Counted from the first letter of the stretch, positions 1-10,487 are shown. The stretch is 64,000 nt of DNA from an uncultured Spirochaetota bacterium (GCA_963783575.1 CAWAOD010000011.1:384001-448000); one strand, 5' to 3'. A program made the numbers and translations. The notes: generated by a model from the letters alone, not told the origin.

Positions 1-134
1 GCACCGAATTTAACCCTGAGGGGTTTATTATCCCTGATTGATTTTTTTAACTTCTCCTTTAATTCATCTTCAGGTACAATCTCTACTGTACCGCGAGTCA
101 GTATTTTCATTTGCTCATCAATAGAATACTGCAT
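1..134 (-). CDS. tyrS: Tyrosyl-tRNA synthetase, 5' end (runs off the window)
   Basis: Manual translation MQYSIDEQMKILTRGTVEIVPEDELKEKLKKSIRDNKPLRVKFGA matches the TyrRS N-terminus leading to G.DPT; GGAG RBS upstream. Confidence 0.85.
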   Translation of the reverse strand, partial: MQYSIDEQMKILTRGTVEIVPEDELKEKLKKSIRDNKPLRVKFG

Positions 135-363
135 GATTTCTCCTTGCATCAAAATTGCTTACCGCTTTTATGCTAATTATAATATTATTATAGGATATAT
201 CCAATATTTATTGGTAAACCCAATTATTATTGGAAAAGTCCAGGGTATGAGTTTAAAGAATAATCACCCAATTGTCAATATCCCTCCTGTCAAGGATACA
301 GATAATTGTAAAATAAATTTATATGTTATAAAATTATGAAATATTTAAAAAAGGATAAATACT

Positions 364-1153
364 ATGATTAAGATTCTCTCTTGGAATGTTAACGGAATCA
401 GGGCATGCCTCAATAAAGGATTAACTGACCGGTTGAAAGAATTATCTCCTGATATTATAGGTCTTCAGGAAATAAAAAGCAGGCCGGAACAGATCGAAAA
501 AGAATACGAGGAAATTATTCATTCAGCCGGGTATGAAGTTTACTGGAATCCGGCGGATAGGCCGGGATACAGCGGCACGGCTTTATTTACAAAAATCAAA
601 ACATCATTTACTCAATACAATTTTGAAGATTCAAGGTTTGACGGTGAAGGAAGGGTTATCAATCAAAAATATGAAATTAACGGAAAATCATTCAGGCTGT
701 TTAACATCTATTTTCCCAACGGGCAGATGAGCGATGAAAGATTGCAGTATAAGCTCGATTTTTATGATGCTTTTCTTGATTATGCAGATAAATTAATATC
801 AGGCGGCGAGAATATTATTGTAATGGGTGATTTCAATACCGCCCATAGGGAAATCGATCTTAAGAATCCAAAGCAAAATGAAAAATATTCCGGCTTTCTT
901 CCGGTTGAAAGGGCCTGGATTGACAAATTCGTCAGCCATGGCGATACTGATACATTCCGCGTTCTTCATCCGGGAATCAATTGAGTACAGCTGGTGGACT
1001 TATAGGCTCAACGCACGGGAAAAAAATATCGGGTGGAGAATCGATTATTTTTTTGTCAATGACTCTTTTATGCCTCAAATAAAGGACAGTTTCATCCTGA
1101 AGGATGTTACAGGTTCGGATCATTGCCCTGTCGGAATATTAATTGATTGTTGA
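364..1153 (+). CDS. xth: Exodeoxyribonuclease III / AP endonuclease, one frameshift near 970-975 (extra G in CCGGGA)
   Basis: [20 protein letters not shown] and GDFNTAH in ORF 364-984; YSWW..R, WRIDYF and SDHCPV in the overlapping frame to 1153. Confidence 0.92.
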
Positions 1154-1221
1154 CTATTCATTAACGCTTTATTACAATATTTTCCTTGATTCAAATTTAT
1201 AATATTATGAAAGGGTGGTTT

Positions 1222-2323
1222 ATGGGTGCGTTTCTTGAAAAAATCAGTTATTTGAATGACGAGTTTCTTAAAGATTGGGGGTATCTTTAATCTAGATAAT
1301 AAGATATCGGAATTAAATAAATTGAAGGAAAAGCTGAATGATGAAGCTGTGTGGAATGATCACAAGTTAATGAATGATATATCGTCGCAGATTTCCGGAA
1401 TTGAAAAAGAGATCGGTGGATGGTTGCGTTTCAAGCCGAAGATAACCGATATGATGGAAATGGCGGAATTGGCCGAAACAGACAGTGATGAGGGAATGCT
1501 CGCTTCTCTTGAAAATGAGTATCAGGTTCTTATAAAAGAATTTGACCGGCTTGAACTTGTGATGATGTTTAAGGGTGAATTTGATAAGAACAATGCTTTT
1601 CTCAACATTCATCCGGGAGCCGGCGGAACAGAATCTCAGGATTGGGCTGAAATGCTCCTAAGGATGTATCAAAGATGGGTGGAACGGCATGAACTGGAGT
1701 ATGAGATTGTTAATATTGATCCGGGAGAAGTGGCCGGATTGAAGGATGTAACGCTTTTTGTCAAAGGAAAATTCGCATATGGGTATCTTTCCGCAGAAAA
1801 TGGAATTCACCGTCTTGTCAGGCTGTCTCCTTTTAATGCGAATGATAAACGCCAGACATCTTTCTGCTCAGTGAGCGTATCCCCTGAAATTGATGATGAA
1901 ATTGTTATAGAGATTGATCCCAAGCATTTGAAGGTTGATACTTACAGGGCAGGAGGCGCCGGCGGGCAGTATGTTAATAAAACAGAATCGGCGGTACGGA
2001 TCACCCATATGCCGACTGGAATTGTTGTCGCCTGCCAGATTGAGAGATCACAGCTTCAGAACCGAGATATGGCAATGAAAATGCTGAAGTCCAAATTATA
2101 TGAATATGAAAAGAGAAAACAGGATGAAGAGAAGGCAAAAAAACAGCCGGAGAAAAAGTCTATAGGTTGGGGAAGCCAGATTCGCAGTTATGTATTCCAG
2201 CCGTATACGATGGTTAAAGACCACAGGACTGAAATAGAAAATAAAAATGTCCAGGCTGTAATGGACGGCGACATCGATGAGTTTATTATCGGGTTTTTAA
2301 AAATGTATAAATCCGGTTCATGA
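1222..2323 (+). CDS. prfB: Peptide chain release factor 2 with programmed +1 frameshift at CTT TAA (1285-1290)
   Basis: SPF and GGQ motifs; leader ORF ATG1222-MGAFLEKISYLNDEFLKDWGYL-stop; main ORF continues in the +1 frame; GGGGG internal SD before TAT CTT. Confidence 0.95.
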
Positions 2324-2977
2324 CTTTTTTGCAAATTTTGTTGCGCTGGCAATGTCGTTCTTTAAATCATTTATTAAATTCATATTTCTAAGCACAGCAG
2401 CCGGGTGGTATGTCGGCATTATTTTATATCCCAGCGGCGATTCCTTGATCGTACCTCTTAATTTTGAAATTCCCTCGTCGGTATTAAGCATGAATTTTGT
2501 GGAAAAATTACCCAGAGTTATTATCAGTTTAGGTTGAATTAATGCAAGCTGTTTAATAAGATGCGGTGTACATGCGGCGATTTCATCGGGAAGGGGATTC
2601 CTGTTTTCAGGAGGACGGTGTTTTAAAATGTTGCAGATGTATACTCCGTTTCTCGGCAGTCCGTTCTCTTCAATTGTCGAAGTAAGAAGTTTTCCGGCCC
2701 TTCCCACAAAGGGTTTACCCTGTTCATCCTCGTCCGCGCCAGGAGCCTCACCGATAAATACTATTTCCGAATCAATGCTTCCATCTGAAAAAACAAGATT
2801 TTTAGCTGTTTTGTAAAGAATACATTTTTGACAATTTAGGCAAGTAATTTCAAGTTCTTTCAATGCATTGCATTTCTCTGAACTTAGATTATTATCATTC
2901 TCAACTTTTTCAACAGGATGAACCCATTCTTCTTTCAAATATGAATTTATACTCATCAGGATTTCATTTCGATTCAT
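2318..2977 (-). CDS. Uracil-DNA glycosylase family 4 (Fe-S)
   Basis: CxxC, GEAPG..ED.QG.PFVG.AG, RPP.NR and YHPAA motifs. Confidence 0.93.
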   Translation of the reverse strand: MNRNEILMSINSYLKEEWVHPVEKVENDNNLSSEKCNALKELEITCLNCQKCILYKTAKNLVFSDGSIDSEIVFIGEAPGADEDEQGKPFVGRAGKLLTSTIEENGLPRNGVYICNILKHRPPENRNPLPDEIAACTPHLIKQLALIQPKLIITLGNFSTKFMLNTDEGISKLRGTIKESPLGYKIMPTYHPAAVLRNMNLINDLKNDIASATKFAKKS

Positions 2978-3593
2978 CTTTTCCCTCATTTTTTATTTTT
3001 TTCAGTATGTTTAAAATCCCATTCAAAGCCATTCGCCTATGGGATAATTTATTCTTTTCTTCATCAGTAATTTCTGCCATTGTTTTTTCGCAGCCAAATT
3101 CCTTAATCAAAAATATAGGGTCGTAACCAAAACCATTGTTACCTTTCGGAACAGTATCAATAATCCCTTCGCAAAATCCTTCCGCTTTATGTACAGATCT
3201 ATCCGGGGTTAATAAAACCATAGAACATACAAATCTGGCAGTCCTTTTTTCAAATGGTGTGTTCTTCAATTCAAAAAGGACTTTTTCGATGAGTTTTTCC
3301 TGGGTAGAATTTTCTCCGGCATATCTCGCTGAAAAAATTCCCGGCCGTCCTTCAAGAGCATCGATCTCAAGACCGGAATCGTCTGATAAAATATAAATGT
3401 CAGGCATTGTATTATGATAATGATCATAAATACTTACTGCTTTAATCAACGCATTTTCATAAAAGCTGTTCCCGTTTTCTATTATATTATCATCAAACTT
3501 AATATCTAATAAAGAAAGAACGGAATAGCCGGATAGAATTTGTTTTATTTCCTTGATTTTTCCGTTATTTTTTGTCGCAGCAATAATCCGCAT
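2964..3593 (-). CDS. rdgB: RdgB/HAM1 non-canonical purine NTP pyrophosphatase
   Basis: ATKN.GK, DDSGL, PG..SAR, GFGYDP and SHR motifs; AGGAG RBS before ATG 3593. Confidence 0.95.
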   Translation of the reverse strand: MRIIAATKNNGKIKEIKQILSGYSVLSLLDIKFDDNIIENGNSFYENALIKAVSIYDHYHNTMPDIYILSDDSGLEIDALEGRPGIFSARYAGENSTQEKLIEKVLFELKNTPFEKRTARFVCSMVLLTPDRSVHKAEGFCEGIIDTVPKGNNGFGYDPIFLIKEFGCEKTMAEITDEEKNKLSHRRMALNGILNILKKIKNEGKDESK

Positions 3594-3608
3594 ATACACT
3601 CCTATCGA

Positions 3609-3648
3609 TTTGCCCAGTAAAAATTCTAGGGAATTTTTACTGGGCAAA
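3609..3648. repeat. Perfect 18-bp inverted repeat with 4-nt loop just upstream of rdgB
   Basis: TTTGCCCAGTAAAAATTC-TAGG-GAATTTTTACTGGGCAAA. Confidence 0.9.
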
Positions 3649-3682
3649 ATTATATTCTTTTTTTTTATAATAATCAAAATAT

Positions 3683-3822
3683 TTAGTCGATCAGTCAGTT
3701 AGTCGATTAGTTAGCTAGTCTTCGGATAGTCAGTAGAATTTATTAACCGGATAACTAACCGATAGACCACCCCGTCGATTTTCGTCTATTGGACTGACCG
3801 ACTAATAGACTAACCGACTAAT
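3683..3822. repeat. 8-bp short tandem repeats (TTAGTCGR-like) forming an imperfect long inverted repeat
   Basis: Left arm ttagtcga-tcagtcag-ttagtcga-ttagtt; right arm gactgacc-gactaata-gactaacc-gactaat. Confidence 0.75.
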
Positions 3823-3934
3823 ATATACTTGCAAAGTTTTACTTTTTTAGTTAATTTTTATAATATATATTGCCGATAAGCAATATGGTTTATTATGTTC
3901 AATATATATCTTTCAGCAGAATTAAGGGGAATTT

Positions 3935-5230
3935 ATGGCTAAGGTTATGCCTTTTTCAGCAGTGCATTACAACCAGAATATATTTTCAAATACTAATGAT
4001 TTATTATCATCGCCTTCTTTAGAAATTAATACGGATCAGTATAAGTTATTAAAAAAAAATATAAACAATTTCAGTAATTTAATTTATGTTGATGATGAAA
4101 ACACCGTAAAAAACAAATTCATAGCAAATGTTTTTCTGGGTTGGCTTTTAAGGGATATACTAATAGTTGATAAGAAACCTTCCTATTATATTCTTGAAGA
4201 GGAAGTATTCATTAACGGCAATAAAAGAAAAAGACTAAGTATTATAGGATTGATAAAAATTGATGATGACAGTCAGAGCATAAAGCCATTGGAGAAACCG
4301 GTTGATTTGAATGTTGAAGAGTACTACACGTTTCTCAAGGAAGTTAGAAATAATTTTGAACCGGCATTATGTTTCTATAAAGATGAAAAATTTACTCTGA
4401 TAAACAGAATTACACAGTTTTTAAGTAATGATTTTCTTTTATTGGATTTACCAAATCAGAAAGGAAATTATAAATTATATAGAATCGAAGATAATAATAT
4501 GATTAAAGAAATAGCATCATATTTTGTTGACAAAAGAATTTATGTTGCTGACAGCGACTATTATTATGCCGGTTTAAAATTTTCAAATGAAATGAAAGCT
4601 CAGCCGGTAAAAAAATTAACAGGTAAGGAACCTTATAATTTTATGATGGCAAATCTATTTAATATTTATGATGAAAACTTAGCATTTCAACCTTTAAACA
4701 GATTAATAAGAAAGGAAAAAACGGATTATATTAATATGCTCAAACAAATGGAATCCGCTTATAAAATAGGTGCCATAACATTTTCAGACAGCAAGATGGA
4801 AATGATGGCCAGAAAAAAAATTAGAATGGTCTTGAATGAAAATGGCGCAAATAATATAATTTCATTTGGTATATTTGTAAAATCAATTCCAAACCGCTAT
4901 TTTATAATAAACCTAAAAGAATCTATGGGTAAAGGAGATATTGGAGCTGAAATCCTTGATTCCGGTATAATAAATAAATATCTAAACATTCAGGAAGATC
5001 AATATTATAAATACATCTTTTATGATAAAAATGATGATAGAACTTTTTATTCGATAAAATCAGGGAAATACGATATGGCATTTATACTTCCAACATTTGA
5101 CAAAAAAATTCTGGTGGAAAGGCTAGACGGCATTACGGTCTTTCCATCAAAATCAATCGGTATTTCACCGTCAATTTTAAGGGGTTCAACTATATTCTCG
5201 TTTAAGTATTCGACTATTTTTACTATTTAA
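3935..5230 (+). CDS. DUF1015-family protein (divergent)
   Basis: N-terminal MAKVMPFSAVHY; layout typical of DUF1015 (P..YI.E.., I.P.E, P.KS near the C-terminus). Confidence 0.65.
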   Translation: MAKVMPFSAVHYNQNIFSNTNDLLSSPSLEINTDQYKLLKKNINNFSNLIYVDDENTVKNKFIANVFLGWLLRDILIVDKKPSYYILEEEVFINGNKRKRLSIIGLIKIDDDSQSIKPLEKPVDLNVEEYYTFLKEVRNNFEPALCFYKDEKFTLINRITQFLSNDFLLLDLPNQKGNYKLYRIEDNNMIKEIASYFVDKRIYVADSDYYYAGLKFSNEMKAQPVKKLTGKEPYNFMMANLFNIYDENLAFQPLNRLIRKEKTDYINMLKQMESAYKIGAITFSDSKMEMMARKKIRMVLNENGANNIISFGIFVKSIPNRYFIINLKESMGKGDIGAEILDSGIINKYLNIQEDQYYKYIFYDKNDDRTFYSIKSGKYDMAFILPTFDKKILVERLDGITVFPSKSIGISPSILRGSTIFSFKYSTIFTI

Positions 5231-5250
5231 AATTAACCAAGGAGGAGAAT

Positions 5251-6036
5251 GTGAAAAAAATTGTAGTCATATTCATAGCAGTCATCTTTATGATGATCGG
5301 GGGCTGTCAGAAAAAAACAAATGTTGAAAAAAAGGTATCTCAAACCAATGATATTATTACCGACTTAATCAAAGAAGATTTATTGTCAAATAGTACAAAT
5401 ACCAATAATGCAACTAATACAAATATAAATCTTACTGAAAAAATCCCTTCTACAAACCTGGCTGCGAAAATATCAGTACCGAAGCAGGAAGTTTCCAAGA
5501 AAATTCCTGTTGAACCTGAGGTTGGAGTAGTTAATGGGAAGAAAGTCATTGAAAAAGAAGAAAAGAAAATCAAGGACGAAGGAATAAAAATACCCTCTAA
5601 AATTAAGCCAAAAACAAAGAATACTGCAGTAGCAAAAAAAGAGACTATTCAGGGCGGCAGTTATATCAAGATAGGAAATGATTCTTCATCCCAATCGGTT
5701 TCTCCGAGAAAGATGATCAGAATTACAACAGCCGTTTTCACTGATAATAAAAACGCGCAATATGTCGATTTTATTATTTATGCTGTTCCGAAAGGAAAGG
5801 AATTGAATCTTAATGAAGATAATTTAATTTCTATGGTAAAATCGATAGAAGTCATTAACGGGCAGGCCCAGCTAACAAAGTCATGGAACGGCAGAAATCT
5901 GGATGACGGATTTATGGAACCTGGGAATTACAACATCTATCTTGTTTATATGATAAAGGATGAAAATATGAATACTATTAAAAAAGAAAGCCGTTTTTGG
6001 GGCGGGGATAATAAATTTTATATAAGGTTATATTAA
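5251..6036 (+). CDS. Lipoprotein with low-complexity linker and C-terminal FlgD Ig-like segment
   Basis: Signal peptide ending GGC; WNGRN..DG..EPG.Y motif. Confidence 0.6.
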   Translation: MKKIVVIFIAVIFMMIGGCQKKTNVEKKVSQTNDIITDLIKEDLLSNSTNTNNATNTNINLTEKIPSTNLAAKISVPKQEVSKKIPVEPEVGVVNGKKVIEKEEKKIKDEGIKIPSKIKPKTKNTAVAKKETIQGGSYIKIGNDSSSQSVSPRKMIRITTAVFTDNKNAQYVDFIIYAVPKGKELNLNEDNLISMVKSIEVINGQAQLTKSWNGRNLDDGFMEPGNYNIYLVYMIKDENMNTIKKESRFWGGDNKFYIRLY

Positions 6037-6107
6037 AATTTAACTTATAAACCTTTACATAAATATTTTTGTATATTAAAATAAATATAAATTTTAGGGT
6101 ATTTTTA

Positions 6108-6464
6108 ATGTTTCTGACTGTTTTGAAATCAAAGATACATAGAGCTGTAGTAACAGAAACAGATATAGATTATGTTGGCAGTATTACCATAGATGAATCT
6201 CTTATGAAAGCTACCGGCATTGTTTCTTTTGAACAGGTTCATGTCTGGAATATTACTAACGGATCAAGAATTATCACTTATGCAATACCCGCAGAAAGAG
6301 ACAGTGGTATTATATGCTTGAATGGGGCAGCCGCTCATTTTAACAGGGTTGGGGATAGAGTGATAATCGCCTCTTTTGCATTAATGGAAGAAAAAGAGGC
6401 TTCGGAATATAAGCCTAAAATAGTGTTGGTTAACAGTAATAATAATATAGATAGGATTTTATAA
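6108..6464 (+). CDS. panD: Aspartate 1-decarboxylase
   Basis: KSKIHRA.VT, YVGSITID and CLNGAAA. Confidence 0.97.
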   Translation: MFLTVLKSKIHRAVVTETDIDYVGSITIDESLMKATGIVSFEQVHVWNITNGSRIITYAIPAERDSGIICLNGAAAHFNRVGDRVIIASFALMEEKEASEYKPKIVLVNSNNNIDRIL

Positions 6465-6486
6465 AATACAATCTAAGGAGAGATTT

Positions 6487-7296
6487 ATGAAATACAAAGG
6501 AATTGTATCGTTTTTCAGTAATTTTCTATTTGCCGCTATAATTATTTTTTCTTCGGTAAAAGCATTTCCTTATGGATTTTCAGCTAATGAAAGAGAAACT
6601 ATGAACTTGCAAACATTTATCGTTTCTGATTTCGGTGACGAAAAAGACCAATCTAACAACATTATATGGAAATCAAGGTTTTCCAAATTTGCAAAACCTT
6701 CAGATAACAATAAAGAGATAAATAGCTGGGATACGAATGCCTGCAATGCAATGTATATAGAGGCTAAACCCCTGGGGTTGCCGCAGGAGGTTGATTCCAA
6801 ACAAAAATGGTCTCTTGGGATTAAAAGTGAATTTGTCACAAAAGGTTATAACTGGATTGAAGTATATCCTGTAAAGGCTACCGGTAATATCCTGGATGCT
6901 AATGGAAAACCGAATAATTCACTTGACGGGACTAACACATCCTTAAATCTTCTAGGCGTTGTAAAGAGTCTTGATATGTGGGTTTGGGGCGGTAATTATA
7001 ATTACTGGATTGAATTTTATCTGTTGGATTATAAAGGATTCTTGCACAGACTGACCGCGGGTGACATTAATTATGTGGGATGGAAAAATTTAAGAACAAA
7101 AGTTCCCGATTATATTCCTCAAGCAGAGCGTCATGTCCCTTTCCTTAAATCACTGAAACTCGATATGATTAAATTGTGGTCATATCCAATGGAAAGGGTT
7201 GATCAATTTTATTGTTATTTTGATTATTTACAGGTACAGACGGATGTTTATCTGGAAAGATTTAATGGCGACGATTTATCCAAAATAAGTTGGTAA
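6487..7296 (+). CDS. flaA: Flagellar filament outer-layer (sheath) protein FlaA homolog
   Basis: Signal peptide; KSLDMWVWG.NY...D..G.......I.Y.GWK.L...VP..IPQ FlaA core. Confidence 0.85.
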   Translation: MKYKGIVSFFSNFLFAAIIIFSSVKAFPYGFSANERETMNLQTFIVSDFGDEKDQSNNIIWKSRFSKFAKPSDNNKEINSWDTNACNAMYIEAKPLGLPQEVDSKQKWSLGIKSEFVTKGYNWIEVYPVKATGNILDANGKPNNSLDGTNTSLNLLGVVKSLDMWVWGGNYNYWIEFYLLDYKGFLHRLTAGDINYVGWKNLRTKVPDYIPQAERHVPFLKSLKLDMIKLWSYPMERVDQFYCYFDYLQVQTDVYLERFNGDDLSKISW

Positions 7297-7316
7297 AATA
7301 TTTTGAGGAGTGTTAT

Positions 7317-8039
7317 ATGAAATACAGAGTTTTGTTTTTTTTAATGGTATTTGTATTTATATGGGTTTGCGCATATAGTCAACAGGTCGGGAAATCCGAT
7401 GCACAGAAATCCGGTCAACTGGAAATAATTAACACAAATGCGCAGGAAACTGCTGATAAAACTGTGGCAAATGAACTTGTTCAAACTGTTCTGGTGGAGG
7501 ATTTTGAGACTGCGGGTGAATGGAGCGCTTTTATTCCCCGTGATTATGGCATTGCTATGGCAATGAGAAGAGAAGGATCACCCAAAGACCTTGCATCAGA
7601 CAAAAATAAGTATGTATTGGGTATTAAGGTTGATTTTATGAAAAGGGACTGGAGCTGGGTTTCTATTGTACCCGCAAAGCCGATTAAAATCAAGGGAATT
7701 ACGAAAACTTTATCTATTTGGGTTGTGGGCCGTAACTATAAACATACCCTGTCAGTAGTGCTGAAAGATTATCTTGACAGAGAGAAATATGTTAAATCCG
7801 AAAGACTAATATGGGTTGGCTGGAAACAGGTTAATATTAATATACCGGATACAATCGAACAGGAGAATTATAAGATTACTGAAGACAGAGGATTAACCTT
7901 CCTCGGTTTCAGAATTGATTTTGACCCGGATGATATGCTGGGCAGGCCGTTTTATACATATTTTGATTATTTTACTGCCGATACGGATCTTTTCAGTGAA
8001 AGCAAACAAAATCCGGATGATATGATGGATAACTGGTAA
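7317..8039 (+). CDS. flaA: Second FlaA homolog
   Basis: Signal peptide; EDFE..GEW, LG.KV.F, K.LS.WV.GRN and W.GWK motifs. Confidence 0.85.
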   Translation: MKYRVLFFLMVFVFIWVCAYSQQVGKSDAQKSGQLEIINTNAQETADKTVANELVQTVLVEDFETAGEWSAFIPRDYGIAMAMRREGSPKDLASDKNKYVLGIKVDFMKRDWSWVSIVPAKPIKIKGITKTLSIWVVGRNYKHTLSVVLKDYLDREKYVKSERLIWVGWKQVNINIPDTIEQENYKITEDRGLTFLGFRIDFDPDDMLGRPFYTYFDYFTADTDLFSESKQNPDDMMDNW

Positions 8040-8061
8040 TAAATTTCTTTTTTTAACATTC

Positions 8062-8093
8062 AAAAAGGCTGTGGAATTTTCCTCAGCCTTTTT
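8062..8093 (+). terminator. Intrinsic terminator after the flaA pair
   Basis: AAAAAGGCTG...CAGCCTTTTT hairpin with T tract. Confidence 0.75.
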
Positions 8094-8115
8094 GTGTATA
8101 AGGATTGGAGGAATA

Positions 8116-9171
8116 ATGAAAAAACATTCTGCAATTAAGTTTTTTCTTTTATTCCTCATTTTGTTTTCTTGTTCAAAACCCGGTATAATTACGAAAGAAA
8201 ATAATTATTATAATACCGTTACTAATTCAGACATAGCTGCGAAATATAATAAATTAGCTAATAATTATCCGGTTGGTATAAAACAGATAGCGGAATTAAC
8301 AGGGCATAGTAAGTATGTGTATTATGTTGAGTTTTCAAAAAACCAGAAGTATTTAGCATCGGGGAGCGCCGACAGGACTATTAGGATATGGGACTGTAAA
8401 AGCTGGAGCAATATAAAGACTATTCAAGAAGGATATCAGGAATTATGGGGTATTCCTCTTGATTTTTCTTATGATAACAAATATCTGGCCATTGGTTCCT
8501 TTGATACTTTAAAAATAATATCGCTTGATAATGATTTTAAGGAAATAAACAGTAAGTTTGCACATAAGAAAGGCATCCAATCAATAATTGTTTCCAGAGA
8601 TAATAAGTTTATAATAACAGCCGGTGCGGATGGAGAATTAAAGATATGGACTATTCCTGATTTGGAGAGGTACAATTCAGTAAAAGGGCATACGGGTGAG
8701 GTATGGAGTATCAGCATTTCTCCTGATAATAAAATCATCATAAGCGGAGGTGAGGACGATTATTTAAGATTATGGAAGTTTCCTTCTCTGGAATTGATAA
8801 AATCAATAAAATACCATAAATTACCGATTGAATATGTAGAATTTTCAAATAATGGGAAATTTTTTCTCCAGGCATGTTCTGACTCAACAATTTCAGTATG
8901 GAGAACAGGTGATTATAATTCTCCTTATAGAATATTGAAAGGGCATACAGGTAGTGTTCTGGTTGCCGTCTTTTCAAAAGATGACAGATATATAATTTCC
9001 GGCGGTGATGATTCTACAATTTATGTTTTTGATATCAGAAAAGGAGAAATTGTAGATCAGAGAAAAGATCATAACGGAGATGTAATGTCGCTTGATATCA
9101 GCACTGACGGCAAATTTCTTGCATCCGGCTCGAAGGACAGGACAATTAAAATCTGGTCGATTTCTTATTAA
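8116..9171 (+). CDS. WD40-repeat lipoprotein
   Basis: LFSC lipobox; about seven GH...V..V.FS......ASGS.D.TI.IW repeats. Confidence 0.92.
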   Translation: MKKHSAIKFFLLFLILFSCSKPGIITKENNYYNTVTNSDIAAKYNKLANNYPVGIKQIAELTGHSKYVYYVEFSKNQKYLASGSADRTIRIWDCKSWSNIKTIQEGYQELWGIPLDFSYDNKYLAIGSFDTLKIISLDNDFKEINSKFAHKKGIQSIIVSRDNKFIITAGADGELKIWTIPDLERYNSVKGHTGEVWSISISPDNKIIISGGEDDYLRLWKFPSLELIKSIKYHKLPIEYVEFSNNGKFFLQACSDSTISVWRTGDYNSPYRILKGHTGSVLVAVFSKDDRYIISGGDDSTIYVFDIRKGEIVDQRKDHNGDVMSLDISTDGKFLASGSKDRTIKIWSISY

Positions 9172-9210
9172 ATTATTTCTTTAGAGTTTTAATAAAAGAT
9201 AGGAGGTAAT

Positions 9211-10449
9211 GTGGAAAAAGAAATTCTTCAAAAAAACGAAATAGTCTCTCTTCTAAATAATATACGATTAAAACATTTGAATGTTCAAATAAAAGAAAAA
9301 TCAAAAAAAATCAGTTTAAGAGGATTCATAACAAAGGCCGACACTAATTCTTTTACAATATTTTATGATGAAATTCCTGATATAGTTTCTATAAAAAATC
9401 TAAAGGTCTGTTTTGATTATAATAGAAATTTTTTTACTTCCGATGAAATATCAATAAGACTTTTAAATATACAGCTTAAAAGTTTGGAATTATTGATTCC
9501 CGAAAAATTTTATTTCCATCCTATCAGAAAATATACAAGGATTGATGTTCGGATACAATCCAGGTTAATATTAAAAAAGTAGAAACCACAAATACCGATC
9601 AATCTTCTAATATCAATATCAACGAACTGCCTGTTACATTAAGGAATATTTACATTGAATTGGAAGTCAAAACCCGGATATGAAAAAAATTATAGGCATG
9701 ATTGGCGATGAGTTGGGCCGGTATTCAAACCGTTTTAAGATTAATCTATTCAAAGAAGTAAATAATCTTTCACCTATAGAGAAGGTTGTTAATAATTATA
9801 GAAAGACATTCTGGATTGGTGATACGGATAATTTGAACAATTATATACATCTGGGAGATAAATACAGCATAATCGGATATGAAAAATATTTTGAATTGAT
9901 TAAAAAAATATGAGCCCGGATATTCTCGGGCAAATTCGGCAGAATTATTTATCCAGGGGTATTAATTCATACGCTATGGTACCGATAATTGTAGGCGAAA
10001 GAGCTGTAGGTGTTATAGAAGTATCAGTTCCGGAAGACGCAAAATTTAAAAAGCTTACAATTTATGAAATATTTTATATTAAAGGTCTGGCAGATATTCT
10101 GGGGGAGGTTGTTGTTAAGTCGCAGGGCGTTATGCCGGATTCAAACGCGAATTTAAAGCTTGTCGATATCTCAATAGGAGGCATTCAAGCTCATACAAAA
10201 AATGTTTATTTAACACATTCGGTTAAAGAAAACTCTATATTGATTCTAAGTCTTTTATTGGATAATAAGGAAATTGTAATTCGATCCAGGCTTGTCAGGT
10301 ATAATTATATTCCCGGAGATAATGCGGGACTTAATATTGCATTTGAGTTTATAATAAATGATGATTCCGAAAGAAATGAAATTGAAAATTTTGTAAAAAA
10401 ATATATAAAAATGTCTTCAGAAAGTAAAGATAAGACCGTTGATAAGTGA
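9211..10449 (+). CDS. PilZ/GAF-containing protein (DUF1577-like), split by about three frameshifts
   Basis: RKYTR (RxxxR), GAF-like VPIIVGERAVGVI and DISIGG PilZ motif across ORFs 9211-9582, 9680-9913 and 9910-10449. Confidence 0.6.
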
Positions 10450-10487
10450 AATTTTACGGCTTAATAAAAGTGTTTAATTTGATTTTA

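Noticed and set aside
133..339. 68-aa ORF in the tyrS-xth intergenic region
   Set aside because: No RBS or motif; it overlaps the tyrS start and the divergent promoter region.
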